DNA of 64,000 nucleotides. Origin: an uncultured Rubripirellula sp. (GTDB lineage Bacteria > Planctomycetota > Planctomycetia > Pirellulales > Pirellulaceae). The notes under the pieces are model-generated. The model worked only from the letters and a program-made list of their open reading frames with translations. It searched no databases and had not been told where the DNA came from. The translations under genes were made by a program, and so were the position numbers. Where the stretch lies: positions 25,921 through 89,920 of the forward strand of contig CALKGR010000076.1 in NCBI GenBank assembly GCA_938085445.1. The letters are read 5' to 3'. Positions 53,739 to 63,752 of this stretch are shown here, piece after piece (position 1 is the stretch's first letter; each line of letters begins with the position of its first letter).

Positions 53739-55142
53739 TCACTTTGGATTGAATACTTCCGAGACAACGCTACCGCCGCTCACGCCAAGTGGATTCTCTT
53801 GCAGGCCGTGATGGTCAAATACTAATTGTTTTGCGTCGATTCCGAGTGCATGCAGGATCGTTGCGTGCAGATCGAGTGGCTTGACTGGTCGTTCGGTGAC
53901 GGTGTACCCAATCGGATCAGTGCGTCCGATCGTTTGCCCACCTTGGGTTCCACCACCAGCGAGCCAGGTGGTGTATGCGGTTGGCGAATGATCCCTGCCG
54001 CCTGATCGACCTTCCATGGTTGGGGTTCGGCCGAATTCACCTCCCCAAACCACCAGCGTGTTTTCAAGCAAGCCGGTTCGTTTCAGGTCCGACAAAAGTG
54101 CAGCAATGGGAATGTCCGTTCGGGCGGCCATCTTTTCATGGTTCCCCTTCAGATTGCCGTGGGCGTCCCATCCTCCGACGCGGATCTGGATGTAGCGGAC
54201 ACCTCGCTGGACCATTCGCCGTGCGATAAGGCAGGCGCGTCCCATCTCGCGAGTTGTCTTGCCGCTGCATCCATAGAGGGCATGCGTTTCTGCTGTCTCT
54301 TGCCCAATGGCAAACAACTCTGGTGCGGATGTTTGCATTTTGAAAGCTGTCTCATAGCTACGCATACGGGCTTCGAGTTCATTCAGTTTTGTCGAAGAGT
54401 AGAACTTGCGGTTCATGGATTGAATCGCCCGAAGTTCCTGTTCACGCTGGGGCTTGCTGACATTCGCGGGGAGCTTGGCGTGTAAAATTCCCGTGGAGGG
54501 ATCAACCAGTGTTCCTTGGTATTTTGGCGGTAGAAAGCCGGTGTTCCAGCCGGCGGCCTGTGGGAACTGCATGCCATCGGTATGCAGATTCATCGTGATG
54601 AAAGCTGGCAGTTCCTGCGTTTCACTTCCAAGGCCATAAATGGACCACGCCCCAAGGCTGGGGCGATCCCCGAGGGATGTTCCTGTCAACGCCACGCATT
54701 CCCCTGGGCCATGCACAGGATTTCGATGTGTCATTGACCGGATCACACAAAGTTCATCAGCATGTTTTCCGAGTTTGGGGAGTAGGTCTGAAACGGCAAC
54801 ACCAGCGTTTCCCTGTTGCTGAAAATTCCAAGGTGAGGCAAGCAGATTTGAGAGTCCTGCTCGCTTGATTCGCGGAACCTTTTTGGCCAGCGAGTCAGGG
54901 ACGTCCTGACCGGCAAGCTTGGCTAAATCTGGCTTGGGGTCAAATGTGTCAACCTGACTTGGGCCACCTGACATGAAAAGAAAAATCACACTGCGGGCAG
55001 TGGGCTGATGGTGCGGTGCCAGAGCATTGCTTGCCTGTTCATGCTCGTCGGCAAGCAGTGATTGCAAGGCGATAGAAGCTGCGCCGAGCCCGGCATTTGC
55101 AGCGAAAGTTCGCCGATTAATCAGGGTAGGTCGGATGCTCAT
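53739..55142 (-). CDS. DUF1501 domain protein, Tat signal
   Basis: INRRTFA; SVIFLFMSGGPSQVDTFDPKP; RMVQRGVRYIQ; WDAH; LVVWGGEFGRTP; GGRDH; DLHATILH.LGID; overlaps the upstream DUF1553 stop by 4 bp. Confidence 0.92.
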   Translation of the reverse strand: MSIRPTLINRRTFAANAGLGAASIALQSLLADEHEQASNALAPHHQPTARSVIFLFMSGGPSQVDTFDPKPDLAKLAGQDVPDSLAKKVPRIKRAGLSNLLASPWNFQQQGNAGVAVSDLLPKLGKHADELCVIRSMTHRNPVHGPGECVALTGTSLGDRPSLGAWSIYGLGSETQELPAFITMNLHTDGMQFPQAAGWNTGFLPPKYQGTLVDPSTGILHAKLPANVSKPQREQELRAIQSMNRKFYSSTKLNELEARMRSYETAFKMQTSAPELFAIGQETAETHALYGCSGKTTREMGRACLIARRMVQRGVRYIQIRVGGWDAHGNLKGNHEKMAARTDIPIAALLSDLKRTGLLENTLVVWGGEFGRTPTMEGRSGGRDHSPTAYTTWLAGGGTQGGQTIGRTDPIGYTVTERPVKPLDLHATILHALGIDAKQLVFDHHGLQENPLGVSGGSVVSEVFNPK

Positions 55143-58048
55143 GGGATATAGAGAAACTCACTGGAGTTCAAAATGGCAAGGCACGCGCTGCTGAGTCCGT
55201 GTTCTTTCGCTAACTGCTCCAGCAGTTGCAATTCGTCCTGGGTTGCCTCTCGGTGCAATGCGGTCTGAATAGCTATTTCAACATTCCCTGTACGTTCAGC
55301 AAACTTCTTTGCAGCAAGCTGTATGAAGCTGCTGTTCAGGAGCCACAGAGGCTGTAAAGCGGTTGTCGAAGTGCGGCGGCGAGCGCAGGTGAGAATGCCG
55401 TTTGCACTGTCGAACAACACCTGCTGCTCGGGTAAATTATCACGCTTCTGGGTCAAGTAAATGCTTCTGCGTTTTGAATCATGGGAGTCACTGGGACCAC
55501 CACTGCGATGATCCAGTTGTCCGCTCACTTTTAGAATGGAGTCGCGAATTGCCTCCGCTTGCAGGCGGTGTGGAGTCCATCGCCAATACAGTTGGTTCTC
55601 TGGATCGATCCGTGAGTTCTTCGCAGAGTCGTGGCTTGCTAGTTGATAGGTGGAAGACGCAAGGATCAGCTTCTGGATGTGTTGCGTGTCCCAGGCATGT
55701 TCGATCAATTCCGATGCAAGGAAATCAAGTAAGCCGGGGTGGGAGGGTGGTTTCCCCTGCGTGCCGAAGTCATTGCTGGTTTCGACCAGTCCACGTCCAA
55801 AATGCCATTGCCAAATTCGGTTCACCCAGACTCTCGCTGTTAGCGGATTCTGCTTGTCAGTAAGCCAGTTCGCCAATTTTAGGCGTGTTTGAATCTCTGG
55901 GGACGCCGCACCAAATACCAGCGGCCATCCCGCTCGGACCTCGGGGCCACGTGAACGAAGATCACCCCTGATTAAAATCGCTCCCCTGAGCTTCGCTAAC
56001 AGAGAAGGATCATGTGGTAACTGCCACCGCATTTCATGAGGAGCAACCGTCAAACGTTTTGACGCTGTTGACGGGGAGTAGAAGCCCCATGTTTGTTCAA
56101 GTGATGACAGTTGTTCATTCAGTCTTTTAAAGGTGGCTCTTTCATCAGGCCGCATTTGGGCAACAACGTTGGTTGGCGTGACCTGAATAGGATCCGGATA
56201 GCCTTGCTTGCGGCGTGTTCGCAGTAAACGCTGCTCAACCTCCTTGAAAAGATCCCAGCGTTTCTCAGCAAGTTGCGTGGCGTTTTCGTCATCTCTCAAT
56301 ACCAGATTCTGGGGTTGTCCTGAGATGAAGTAGGCTTGGAAACGGTAGTAATCACGAATGGAAATGGGGTCGAATTTGTGCGAGTGGCATTGGGCGCACT
56401 CGAACGTAAGGCCAAGGAAAGCTGACGTAGTCGTGTTCGTGATGTCGACCAGAATATCGTTGCGCTGAATTTGCTTGTCGAGTTCATTGCCGCTGTAGCG
56501 GGCGGCAGCAAGGAAGCCTGTTGCAATTAACTGAGATGGGCTCGAGTGAGGCAGTTCGTCACCCGCAATTTGTTCCCGCAGGAACTGATCGAAGGGAATA
56601 CCGTTTGCAAATGAACTTATCACCCAATCCCGGTACCGCCATGCATGCGTTCGGTCCCGATTGTGTTGGTGCCCATTGCTTTCTGCCCAGCGTGCTATGT
56701 CAAGCCAATGCCTCGCAAAGTGTTGCCCGTAGTTCGGGTCGGCTAACATGTTGTCGATGGTAAAAGCGTTTGGTTGCCTGGCGATTTGCGGTGGAAGGCC
56801 GTGTAGGTTCAGCGAAAGTCGACGCTGCAATGTGCTGGTATCTGCTGGTGCGTTTGGTGTCAGCCCCGCGGTCGCGTGCTTGGCAGCAATGAATGCATCG
56901 ATTGGGTTACTCACCCATCTCGAGAATGCGTTTGGTGATTGCTCTAGCGTACTTGCTGTAGGAATGGTTGGTCGTTTGATCGGTTGAAATGCCCAGTGGT
57001 CACTGACGGGTATGGGAACAGGCAGCAGATCCAAGTCCCAGTCAAGTCCTTCGTCGATCCAAGTCGCAATCAGTTGAATTTCAAGGCTGGACAATGAACT
57101 GCCCTCAGGTGGCATCGTGCCATTGATGAGTACCTTGTAGAGTTGGCTGTCAGCATGTCGCAGCAGAGATACGTGCTGCAGTACTTCCTCCAATGTGTCC
57201 AGTCGCACTCCGCCTTCGGCGTCTTCGCCGGTGTGACAACTGTAGCAGTGCTTGCTAAGGATGGGATGAATGTGCTGACGGAAGCTGAGTGTCTTTTTTG
57301 CAGGTGGCTTTTCCATGTAGGGTGCATAATTGGGATCGGCTGGCTCTACCGGAAGGTCCATGATTTCTCGCCACGATTTCGCTATCCGGATGTCCCATAG
57401 GTCGATTTGATCTTCGATCTCAGTTTTCCCGCCGGTGGCAAAACCAATCCATTTGAGAGTGGAAATGGACTTGCTGTTTTGGACTGAAACATCTGGATTT
57501 AGTTCTTGCGTACCCTCGGGATCAATCCACAAACTGAGTTGATCAAAAGGTTCCGTTTTTTCAGGTGATGATTTCCAAAGTCGAGCCACGATTGCGTAGT
57601 CGCGATTTCCTTGAAGCGGTTCCGCGAATTTTTGGTTCGTGGAGTTGTATCGAATCATGAAGCGATTCTGATTACCCTGAACATGGATTCCGATGTTGGG
57701 AATGTTTGCGGCATGGGGACTGCCGTCGGTGCCCTCGTTTTCATCAAGCCACAGAACAAAAAATTCTCCACTTGCCTCGGGTGGCGAATCGAGCCCCCTT
57801 AAATCGTATCGAAGGTTGAATCGAACGAAAATTTCGCCACCTGAAAATGGTGACTGGAGCGGTTTGCGAAGTGGATTATTTCGTCCGCCAGTGCCGTTGA
57901 TCGTAAAACGCTCGATCGCCAAACCATTGCGTTTCCAATGCCCCGACGGCACCTCTTGTCCTGCTCCGGAATTTTCCAGAATCAGTGGCAAGCAACCAAG
58001 CAAGCATGTGATAATCTTCGAGTGCAAATGCTTTAAACGAGCGGTCAT
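55139..58048 (-). CDS. PSCyt/DUF1549/DUF1553 protein with extra N-terminal domain
   Basis: CYSCH cytochrome motif; DHWAFQP; NPIDAFI; HWLDIARWAES; CAQCHSHKFDP; NPLTARVWVNRIWQWHFGRG; PSHPGLLDFLA; AEAIRDS; likely start ATG 58048. Confidence 0.9.
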   Translation of the reverse strand: MTARLKHLHSKIITCLLGCLPLILENSGAGQEVPSGHWKRNGLAIERFTINGTGGRNNPLRKPLQSPFSGGEIFVRFNLRYDLRGLDSPPEASGEFFVLWLDENEGTDGSPHAANIPNIGIHVQGNQNRFMIRYNSTNQKFAEPLQGNRDYAIVARLWKSSPEKTEPFDQLSLWIDPEGTQELNPDVSVQNSKSISTLKWIGFATGGKTEIEDQIDLWDIRIAKSWREIMDLPVEPADPNYAPYMEKPPAKKTLSFRQHIHPILSKHCYSCHTGEDAEGGVRLDTLEEVLQHVSLLRHADSQLYKVLINGTMPPEGSSLSSLEIQLIATWIDEGLDWDLDLLPVPIPVSDHWAFQPIKRPTIPTASTLEQSPNAFSRWVSNPIDAFIAAKHATAGLTPNAPADTSTLQRRLSLNLHGLPPQIARQPNAFTIDNMLADPNYGQHFARHWLDIARWAESNGHQHNRDRTHAWRYRDWVISSFANGIPFDQFLREQIAGDELPHSSPSQLIATGFLAAARYSGNELDKQIQRNDILVDITNTTTSAFLGLTFECAQCHSHKFDPISIRDYYRFQAYFISGQPQNLVLRDDENATQLAEKRWDLFKEVEQRLLRTRRKQGYPDPIQVTPTNVVAQMRPDERATFKRLNEQLSSLEQTWGFYSPSTASKRLTVAPHEMRWQLPHDPSLLAKLRGAILIRGDLRSRGPEVRAGWPLVFGAASPEIQTRLKLANWLTDKQNPLTARVWVNRIWQWHFGRGLVETSNDFGTQGKPPSHPGLLDFLASELIEHAWDTQHIQKLILASSTYQLASHDSAKNSRIDPENQLYWRWTPHRLQAEAIRDSILKVSGQLDHRSGGPSDSHDSKRRSIYLTQKRDNLPEQQVLFDSANGILTCARRRTSTTALQPLWLLNSSFIQLAAKKFAERTGNVEIAIQTALHREATQDELQLLEQLAKEHGLSSACLAILNSSEFLYIP

Positions 58049-58502
58049 GGGCGGTAGGCAACGGTGTATAGCCGAACGTGCGTGGGCGGTCAGCACTCGC
58101 AGGAAGAATGGGCGAACGTTCTCAGATGTCAGTCTCAATCCGGTTTGCTGTAATCGGTACACCTTCTACCGATGCAGTAGCGAATTATAGTCGACCTTGA
58201 CGGGATTTGCTTCATCTCGCGTGATCAGAGGATTCATGAGGACGGAATGACGTATCACGTGTCATGCCACTGCCGAATTTCGGGATCTGCAAGGCCGGGC
58301 GTGGGCGGTTGAACTGCCAAAGAGAAAAAATATGGCTCAGATGTTTGATGTGATGTTCGTGATTTCTCCACCCGTGTGTTAGCCTCTTGATCTCAGCGGC
58401 CGCCGATTTCTCCGGCAACATGCTGTGTTTCGAATCATGATGAGGCTTTCGGATTCATTTGGTATTAAAGTTGATTTCTATGTGGAGTTCCTTGTGCTCG
58501 TC

Positions 58503-59993
58503 ATGCGTGTCTGCTTGATGGTGTTTGCGATAAGCTTTGCATGCTGCTGTCAACTGAAAGCGACCGAACAACCGAACGTGCTGTTCATTGCGGTCGATGA
58601 TTTGAACGATTGGGTGGGGTGTCTTGGGGGGCATCCTCAGGCTGAAACGCCTCACATCGATGAATTGGCGCGAAGAGGAGTGCTGTTTTCGAATGCTCAT
58701 TGTGCAGCACCCGCATGCACACCCTCACGAGCCTCTTTGTTTACAGGGCAAATGCCACAGAATACTGGGGTCTGGTCGAATGAAGGGCCAAAATTGCGGC
58801 GTCTGCGGAGCAACGCTTTCCTACTGCCTGATTCGTTCCGTCGTGCCGGATACAAAACTTTGGGTACTGGGAAATTGGGCCCAAATAAAACCTGTTTTCA
58901 GACTTTTTACGATGTGCACCAACGCTGGAGTCCTCTGACGTCCGACGCAGTTGAGTACACCTCGGCTGAATTACCAAGCAAGGGCACTGACAATCCAAGG
59001 CATATGGTGAAGTTACGCAACCAGCAGTATGTGCTGCCGCTGAATCGTATGCCTTCTGACCGGACACCCGCTGATCCCAAGGGTGAGTCATTTGACTGGG
59101 GGCCGTTCGATGTCCCGGATGCGGATTTTGGTGACACTCAAATCACTGATTGGGCGATCAAGCAGTTGCGGGCTGCGTCGCCTGAGTCACTGTTTCTTGC
59201 GGTTGGCTATTATCGTCCGCATCAGCCTTTGTGGGCACCCAAACGTTTCTTTGAACGCTTTCAGGACAGGCCGGCGATTTTACCATCGGTGTTGGAAGAA
59301 GATTTGGACGATTTGGCGAGTGTCGCACGACGATGGGCCATGGAACCTGTCACGTCGGGCTCGCATGAGACAGTGATTCAGTTCGGACAATGGCGTGCGG
59401 CAATCGAAGCCTATTTAGCTTGCATCAGCTATGTCGATCACGAGATAGGCCGCTTATTGACCGCGCTTGATGCCTCTGCCGTTGCTGACAATACACTCAT
59501 TGTCCTTTGGTCTGATCACGGTTGGCACCTCGGAGAAAAGCAGCATTGGGGCAAATGGACGGGGTGGGAGCGATCGACCCGAGTGCCACTGATCATTGTT
59601 CCACCGCGATCTAGACAGCGTAACTTCTCACAGCTGGGGGGACGTTGTGACCGACCGGTCAATCTGGTTGATGTTTATCCCACGCTAATCGAATTGTGTG
59701 GTTTGGAAAATCCGCCACATCGGTTGGACGGGGCGTCATTGGTCCCTTTGTTGAAAGTACCGGATTCTGAGTGGAAACGAGCTTCTGTGACTATGTTTGG
59801 TCCCGGCAACGGATCACTTAGAACTTCCCGGTGGCGATTTATCTGTTATGCGAACGGCGCGGAAGAATTGTACGATCTGAAAAATGACCCTCACGAATGG
59901 GTGAATTTGGCAGGACAGGCCGTGCACCACGAATTGCTTGGGAAGTTGCGAGTCAAGATCGCTCCCTATCTCGCGGATACTTCTAGCCAATGA
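58503..59993 (+). CDS. Cys-type sulfatase (iduronate/choline sulfatase-like)
   Basis: PNVLFIAVDDLNDW; NAHCAAPACTPSRASL; GYYRPH; WSDHGWHLGEK; EELYDLKNDPHEW; start ATG 58503 gives a signal peptide. Confidence 0.92.
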   Translation: MRVCLMVFAISFACCCQLKATEQPNVLFIAVDDLNDWVGCLGGHPQAETPHIDELARRGVLFSNAHCAAPACTPSRASLFTGQMPQNTGVWSNEGPKLRRLRSNAFLLPDSFRRAGYKTLGTGKLGPNKTCFQTFYDVHQRWSPLTSDAVEYTSAELPSKGTDNPRHMVKLRNQQYVLPLNRMPSDRTPADPKGESFDWGPFDVPDADFGDTQITDWAIKQLRAASPESLFLAVGYYRPHQPLWAPKRFFERFQDRPAILPSVLEEDLDDLASVARRWAMEPVTSGSHETVIQFGQWRAAIEAYLACISYVDHEIGRLLTALDASAVADNTLIVLWSDHGWHLGEKQHWGKWTGWERSTRVPLIIVPPRSRQRNFSQLGGRCDRPVNLVDVYPTLIELCGLENPPHRLDGASLVPLLKVPDSEWKRASVTMFGPGNGSLRTSRWRFICYANGAEELYDLKNDPHEWVNLAGQAVHHELLGKLRVKIAPYLADTSSQ

Positions 59994-60201
59994 ACAACTT
60001 TAGTATCGCATTCTTGCAGCAACAGTTTTGATTTTGTTATATACTGAAGCCGGGCAAAAATCCCTTTCTGCTGCTTGCATGGAACTCTCATAGGTGTCCG
60101 CGTTAGCGTGGGTAGTTCTTTTGATCTGAGTCTTACGCACCAAGAGCTTGTGATTGGCCCTTCAGCTGAGAATTGGGCAGCATTGATTGGTTTACCAGTG
60201 A

Positions 60202-60867
60202 GTGATTTCGGGAATGGTTGGAACAGACTTGCTTGGCGGGAAAACTGGGGATGGTGCGTCTGCCCTGCACACGGGTTCGCAATGGTCTACTCGATCGAGC
60301 ATGATTCTCGAGTTGCAGGCTCCGTCAGCACATCGCTGGAAAAGTTTTGTGCTTGTGTATTCTCCGCTATTGAGATTTTGGATCGGTCGCAAGCTGGTGC
60401 CAGCGTCTGCTCAGGATGACATTCTGCAGGAATGTCTCAAGTCAATTTTTCTGGGTATCGGTGAGTTTAAACGTCATAAGTTTGAAGCCGGTAGCTTTCG
60501 TGGTTGGCTACGGACGATCGTCAATCGGCGAGTTGCTGATTATTTTCGTACGCATGCGAATAATAAGATTGCACCACCTGAACGCCTGTTGGTTGTCGAG
60601 GCTCGTGATCAGCGAGACCCGGATGAGCTTGTGGCTGAGGAAGTTGCACTTAAAGAGCTCGAAGCAAGAGCTTTGCATTTAATCCGAGAATCTACGGCTG
60701 AGCGAACGTGGCAAATGTTTTGGCTCAGTACTGTCGAACAGGTGCCAACTTCTGAAATTGCCGAGCAGTTTGGGGTGTCGTCAGCGGCGGTCAGAGTTGC
60801 AAAAGCCCGCGTTATCGGACGGTTGCGTCGAATGTTTGTCGACTCTGCCAGCCAGGTTGACGCGTGA
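60202..60867 (+). CDS. ECF-type RNA polymerase sigma factor
   Basis: WKSFVLVYSPLL, DDILQECL, GSFRGWLRTIVNRRVADYFR (region 2); TWQMFW...IAEQFGVSSAAVRVAKARV (region 4); start uncertain (GTG 60202 or ATG 60214). Confidence 0.9.
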   Translation: MISGMVGTDLLGGKTGDGASALHTGSQWSTRSSMILELQAPSAHRWKSFVLVYSPLLRFWIGRKLVPASAQDDILQECLKSIFLGIGEFKRHKFEAGSFRGWLRTIVNRRVADYFRTHANNKIAPPERLLVVEARDQRDPDELVAEEVALKELEARALHLIRESTAERTWQMFWLSTVEQVPTSEIAEQFGVSSAAVRVAKARVIGRLRRMFVDSASQVDA

Positions 60868-60986
60868 GGATTCCATGTGAAACCCTAACTTCGAACGAAC
60901 TTTTTGGAAGGTGTTACGGCGACCCGATAAGTGGTTAAACAAACGCAAATTCTTTCAAAATGCTTTTTTTGGGCCATTTTAATAAA

Positions 60987-63497
60987 ATGGGAAATCAAGA
61001 GTGCCCCACTCAAACTGATCTGACGCGGATGGCAACGGGGGTTTTGCACGCTCGGCTGGACGAAGTCCGCGAACATTTGGATTTGTGTGAAAAATGTAGT
61101 GGCTTGCTCGCAGAGATCACGAAACAGACGGACTGGTTGGAAAATCGGATCGCCCGACTGACCCTCGATGAAGTCGATGCGGCTGGCTTGGCTCTTCAGG
61201 AAGAGAGGTTGTGGGAAACGACTAATTCCCAAGCATGGTTGTCGCCTCAATCGTATGACATTGCCAAGCAGACAGCATTATTTTCGACACCATGTCGAGT
61301 TGGGCAATATGAGCTCCACGGATTGATCGCTCCGGGTGGAATGGGCGAGGTTTACAAAGCAACGCACTCACGGCTGAAACGAGAAGTTGCTGTAAAAGTG
61401 ATTCGTCGAAATCAGCAAGACAGTCCGTTGTTGTATGAAAATTTCCTCAGGGAAATTGAAACGCTGGGGCAACTTGAACATCCAAATATGGTACGTGCTT
61501 ATGATGCGCTGGAGTACGAAGGTTATCTGTTCCTGGTGATGGAGTTGTTGGCAGGTATTTCGTTGCAGATGCTGGCAAGTAAAAATCGGTTTCTGAACGT
61601 TGAGACATTGCTTGACGTCATGATTGGAGTCAGTGACTCGATTGTTCATCTTCATGAAAACGGCTATCTGCATCTCGACATTAAGCCCGGCAATATCATG
61701 CTGTTGGATGATGGACGCACGAAGCTGATCGATTATGGACTTGCTGTCAGGCAAGATGTTGCGAGTAGAGGTGTTGGAATGCACTACGGCACTGTTGGCT
61801 ACATGTCGCCTGAACAACAAAATTCCGATGTCTTGGATGAACGAAGTGATATTTATGCAGCGGGAAAGTTGTTTCTGTTTCTGTTGGAAAACGTTGTTGA
61901 TAAGGCGGCAATGCAGGATGAACCCCTTGTTCAGACTGAGGTGCAAAAACTTGCTGTAAAAATGTCCGCATCTGACCCGTTTCAACGTCCCCTGGATGCG
62001 AATGAAGTTGCGTCTGCTTTGCGGGATCTGAAGGAAGGATCACGCTTCGGCAACGCCAGGTTTGCCTCGCTCGATCAAGGATTGACTATCAGGCCTGAAA
62101 CACCGCTGGGTTCGAAGGTTACTTTTTTGCGGCGGTCTGTGATTTTGCTTTTTTTGGTTGCAGGTTTAATTTTTCTTCTGTACGGGGCCGAAAATCGAGG
62201 CCCCAGTCAAGTGGTCCCAAGCTCGCTAGGTGATTTGACTAACAGCATTGGAATGCAGTTGAATGTTGTACCAGAAGGTGAGTTTCAGATGAGTGCGGCT
62301 TGGAGATTCAGTGAGCAAGAGTATGTTGCGAATGACACCGTTTCGATCAGTCAGCCTTTTTACATCGGTATTTATGAGGTTACCCAGAAGCAGTTTCGCG
62401 AGGTAATGGGCGACAACCCCAGCCTTTTTAAAGGCGATAACATGCCTGTTGAAAATCTGACGTTTTCCCAGGCGAGTGAATTTTGCCGGCGGCTCTCAGA
62501 ACTCCCTGAGGAAAAAAGTGCTGGTCGTGTTTACCGGATCCCCACAACGAGCGAGTGGGAATACGCATGTCGATCTGGGACTACGACGACCTTCAGCTTT
62601 GGCGATGAGGCTTGGCAGATTGATCAGCATAGTTGGTACAACGGCAATGCAGGATCACCCCATGTGGTGGGCTCAAAGCTAGCCAACGCCTGGGGGTTGT
62701 ATGACATGCATGGCAATGTTGACGAGATCTGCCGCTTGGGCGATGAATTGGGTTCATTTGGGGGCGATGGTGAGGTGTCTCATTTGGGTTGGGTACGGTG
62801 TGGTGGTTCGTGGGCACACTTTGCGTCCGATTGTCGCGCCGGTTTTTTTGTTGTTCCTGATGATCCGAAAGCTACTTGGTCATGCAATGGGCTGAGGGTC
62901 GTTTGTAATTTGTTGCCGCTGGATAACGCTCCAAATGATCTTGGAAAACAGGCTGAGGCAAAACTGTTTTCTGTAAGTTTGGATTTGCGAAGAGAGCCTG
63001 AGCCAGCACCTATCAGGACGAAAAATGCAGTGCTCTATCGCGAGAAAGATTCGACGCATTATTGGACCCCAGATAATCTGAATGAGTGGGCAGAAATAGA
63101 ATATCGTTTTGATTTACCGGCACCGATCGAGTCGGTCGTTGATTTTGGTCAGTTGATTTGGGTCTACAACGAACAATATTATCCGGTGTTTGATCCGCTC
63201 GCCCAAGGCACCTTGGAAATTTCAAATGACGGAAAAAATTGGGATGTCATTTACCACAGCGAATCTGGTGTTCCGTTAGTTGATCGTCGAAGGTCCGTGC
63301 TGCCTCTGCTTAAGGGCACGCAGGTGTTCCATCTGAAAGCGAAATTGTTTTGTTCGGTACGCGGAAAAAAACAGGTATGTTTTACTCAGTTTTTGCGTTG
63401 CAATAATAATCGGGAGCCCCACCAAATGAAATTCTTGTTGCGACCTGACGGTCTTAAGAATGAACCGGGATCGAGTGTTGAGGGCGGCGAGTATTGA
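60987..63497 (+). CDS. Membrane Ser/Thr protein kinase with N-terminal HxxxCxxC motif and extracytoplasmic FGE-sulfatase-fold domain
   Basis: HLDLCEKC; GGMGEVYKA, VAVKVI, HLDIKPGN, DYG, GTVGYMSPE; TM segment SVILLFLVAGLIFLLYG; FYIGIYEVTQ, RIPTTSEWEYACR, NAWGLYDMHGNV, GGSW. Confidence 0.9.
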   Translation: MGNQECPTQTDLTRMATGVLHARLDEVREHLDLCEKCSGLLAEITKQTDWLENRIARLTLDEVDAAGLALQEERLWETTNSQAWLSPQSYDIAKQTALFSTPCRVGQYELHGLIAPGGMGEVYKATHSRLKREVAVKVIRRNQQDSPLLYENFLREIETLGQLEHPNMVRAYDALEYEGYLFLVMELLAGISLQMLASKNRFLNVETLLDVMIGVSDSIVHLHENGYLHLDIKPGNIMLLDDGRTKLIDYGLAVRQDVASRGVGMHYGTVGYMSPEQQNSDVLDERSDIYAAGKLFLFLLENVVDKAAMQDEPLVQTEVQKLAVKMSASDPFQRPLDANEVASALRDLKEGSRFGNARFASLDQGLTIRPETPLGSKVTFLRRSVILLFLVAGLIFLLYGAENRGPSQVVPSSLGDLTNSIGMQLNVVPEGEFQMSAAWRFSEQEYVANDTVSISQPFYIGIYEVTQKQFREVMGDNPSLFKGDNMPVENLTFSQASEFCRRLSELPEEKSAGRVYRIPTTSEWEYACRSGTTTTFSFGDEAWQIDQHSWYNGNAGSPHVVGSKLANAWGLYDMHGNVDEICRLGDELGSFGGDGEVSHLGWVRCGGSWAHFASDCRAGFFVVPDDPKATWSCNGLRVVCNLLPLDNAPNDLGKQAEAKLFSVSLDLRREPEPAPIRTKNAVLYREKDSTHYWTPDNLNEWAEIEYRFDLPAPIESVVDFGQLIWVYNEQYYPVFDPLAQGTLEISNDGKNWDVIYHSESGVPLVDRRRSVLPLLKGTQVFHLKAKLFCSVRGKKQVCFTQFLRCNNNREPHQMKFLLRPDGLKNEPGSSVEGGEY

Positions 63498-63752
63498 GGG
63501 TATAGCACCCAGCGAAACTTTCGCGTTTCCGAAGTAATCAAACGCTCTTTGAAATGAGCTTAGATGTTACGCAGTCGCGATACTCGTTCTTAACGAACTC
63601 AGAGTGAGTATCGAGCCAAATTCTAAGGGCTCCACTCGTTGACTTGTTTCCCAAGTTTCGACGTCGTGTAGGCAAGTGGTTTGGCAGTTTGGCGTGGACA
63701 CGGAGGAATCTTTCACCGTGATAGAGTTTCCCCATGAATCCCACTGAGACTG

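Noticed and set aside
60987-63497. The formylglycine-generating enzyme that matures the local sulfatases
   Set aside because: The FGE-fold lacks the catalytic CxxxxC motif and is fused after a TM helix to a kinase.
63498-63570. tRNA-like start (gggtatagc...)
   Set aside because: No D-loop, T-loop (GTTCRA) or acceptor-stem pairing could be found.
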